Positions 33,812 to 33,855 of a DNA stretch of 33,855 bases are shown here, one piece after another. This DNA comes from a virus. Its lineage: Duplodnaviria > Caudoviricetes. A model generated the notes under the pieces. The model saw nothing but the letters and a program-made list of their open reading frames with translations, ran no database searches and was not told the DNA's origin. Every line of letters starts with the position of its first letter. Position 1 is the stretch's first letter. Location of the stretch: positions 1-33,855 of IMG/VR virus record IMGVR_UViG_3300020151_002136. The stretch is one strand, 5' to 3'. Position numbers and translations under genes: made by a program.

Positions 33812-33855
33812 ATGATTGGACTGATATCACTCTTAAAAGAAATACAAGGCAAGCC
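33812..33855 (+). CDS. partial ORF (3' truncated) MIGLISLLKEIQGK..
   Basis: Follows ATATTTATG at 33790-33798; the N-terminal LLKE leader resembles other late small proteins. Confidence 0.5.
   Translation, partial: MIGLISLLKEIQGK

Noticed and set aside
1-33855. Stop-codon reassignment
   Set aside because: Genes are full length and densely packed under code 11, ending in TAA or TGA where checked; no suppressor tRNA among the six found

Overview
This AT-rich window is a piece of a large lytic-type myophage (Caudoviricetes, T4-like baseplate and gp55-like late sigma factor). Every credible gene is on the + strand. The host is most likely in the Bacteroidota: there are six TTTG-N20-TAnnTT promoters matching the Bacteroidota -33/-7 consensus, a T9SS C-terminal sorting domain and Shine-Dalgarno-free A-rich leaders. 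Layout, left to right: (1) 1-3481, small accessory genes, including a RadA-like ATPase, a YqiA-like esterase and a DUF932 protein, the last three each with their own promoter. (2) 3545-4659, six tRNAs with a boxA-like element and four structured spacer RNAs. (3) 4694-11241, an unusual cell-envelope/secretion module: HExxH peptidase, cohesin/dockerin T9SS cargo, CsgG-like lipoprotein, beta-barrel-like protein and a C-type lectin-dockerin. (4) 11244-12718, a holin-like gene and a GH19 endolysin. (5) 12794-15619, an HD hydrolase and the late sigma factor. (6) 15619-31286, baseplate/tail genes. (7) 31290-end, GIY-YIG protein, primase and PD-(D/E)XK nuclease. The best candidate for an undescribed system is the phage-encoded cohesin-dockerin/CsgG/lectin surface module. 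All family assignments come from motifs recognised by eye; no searches were run.
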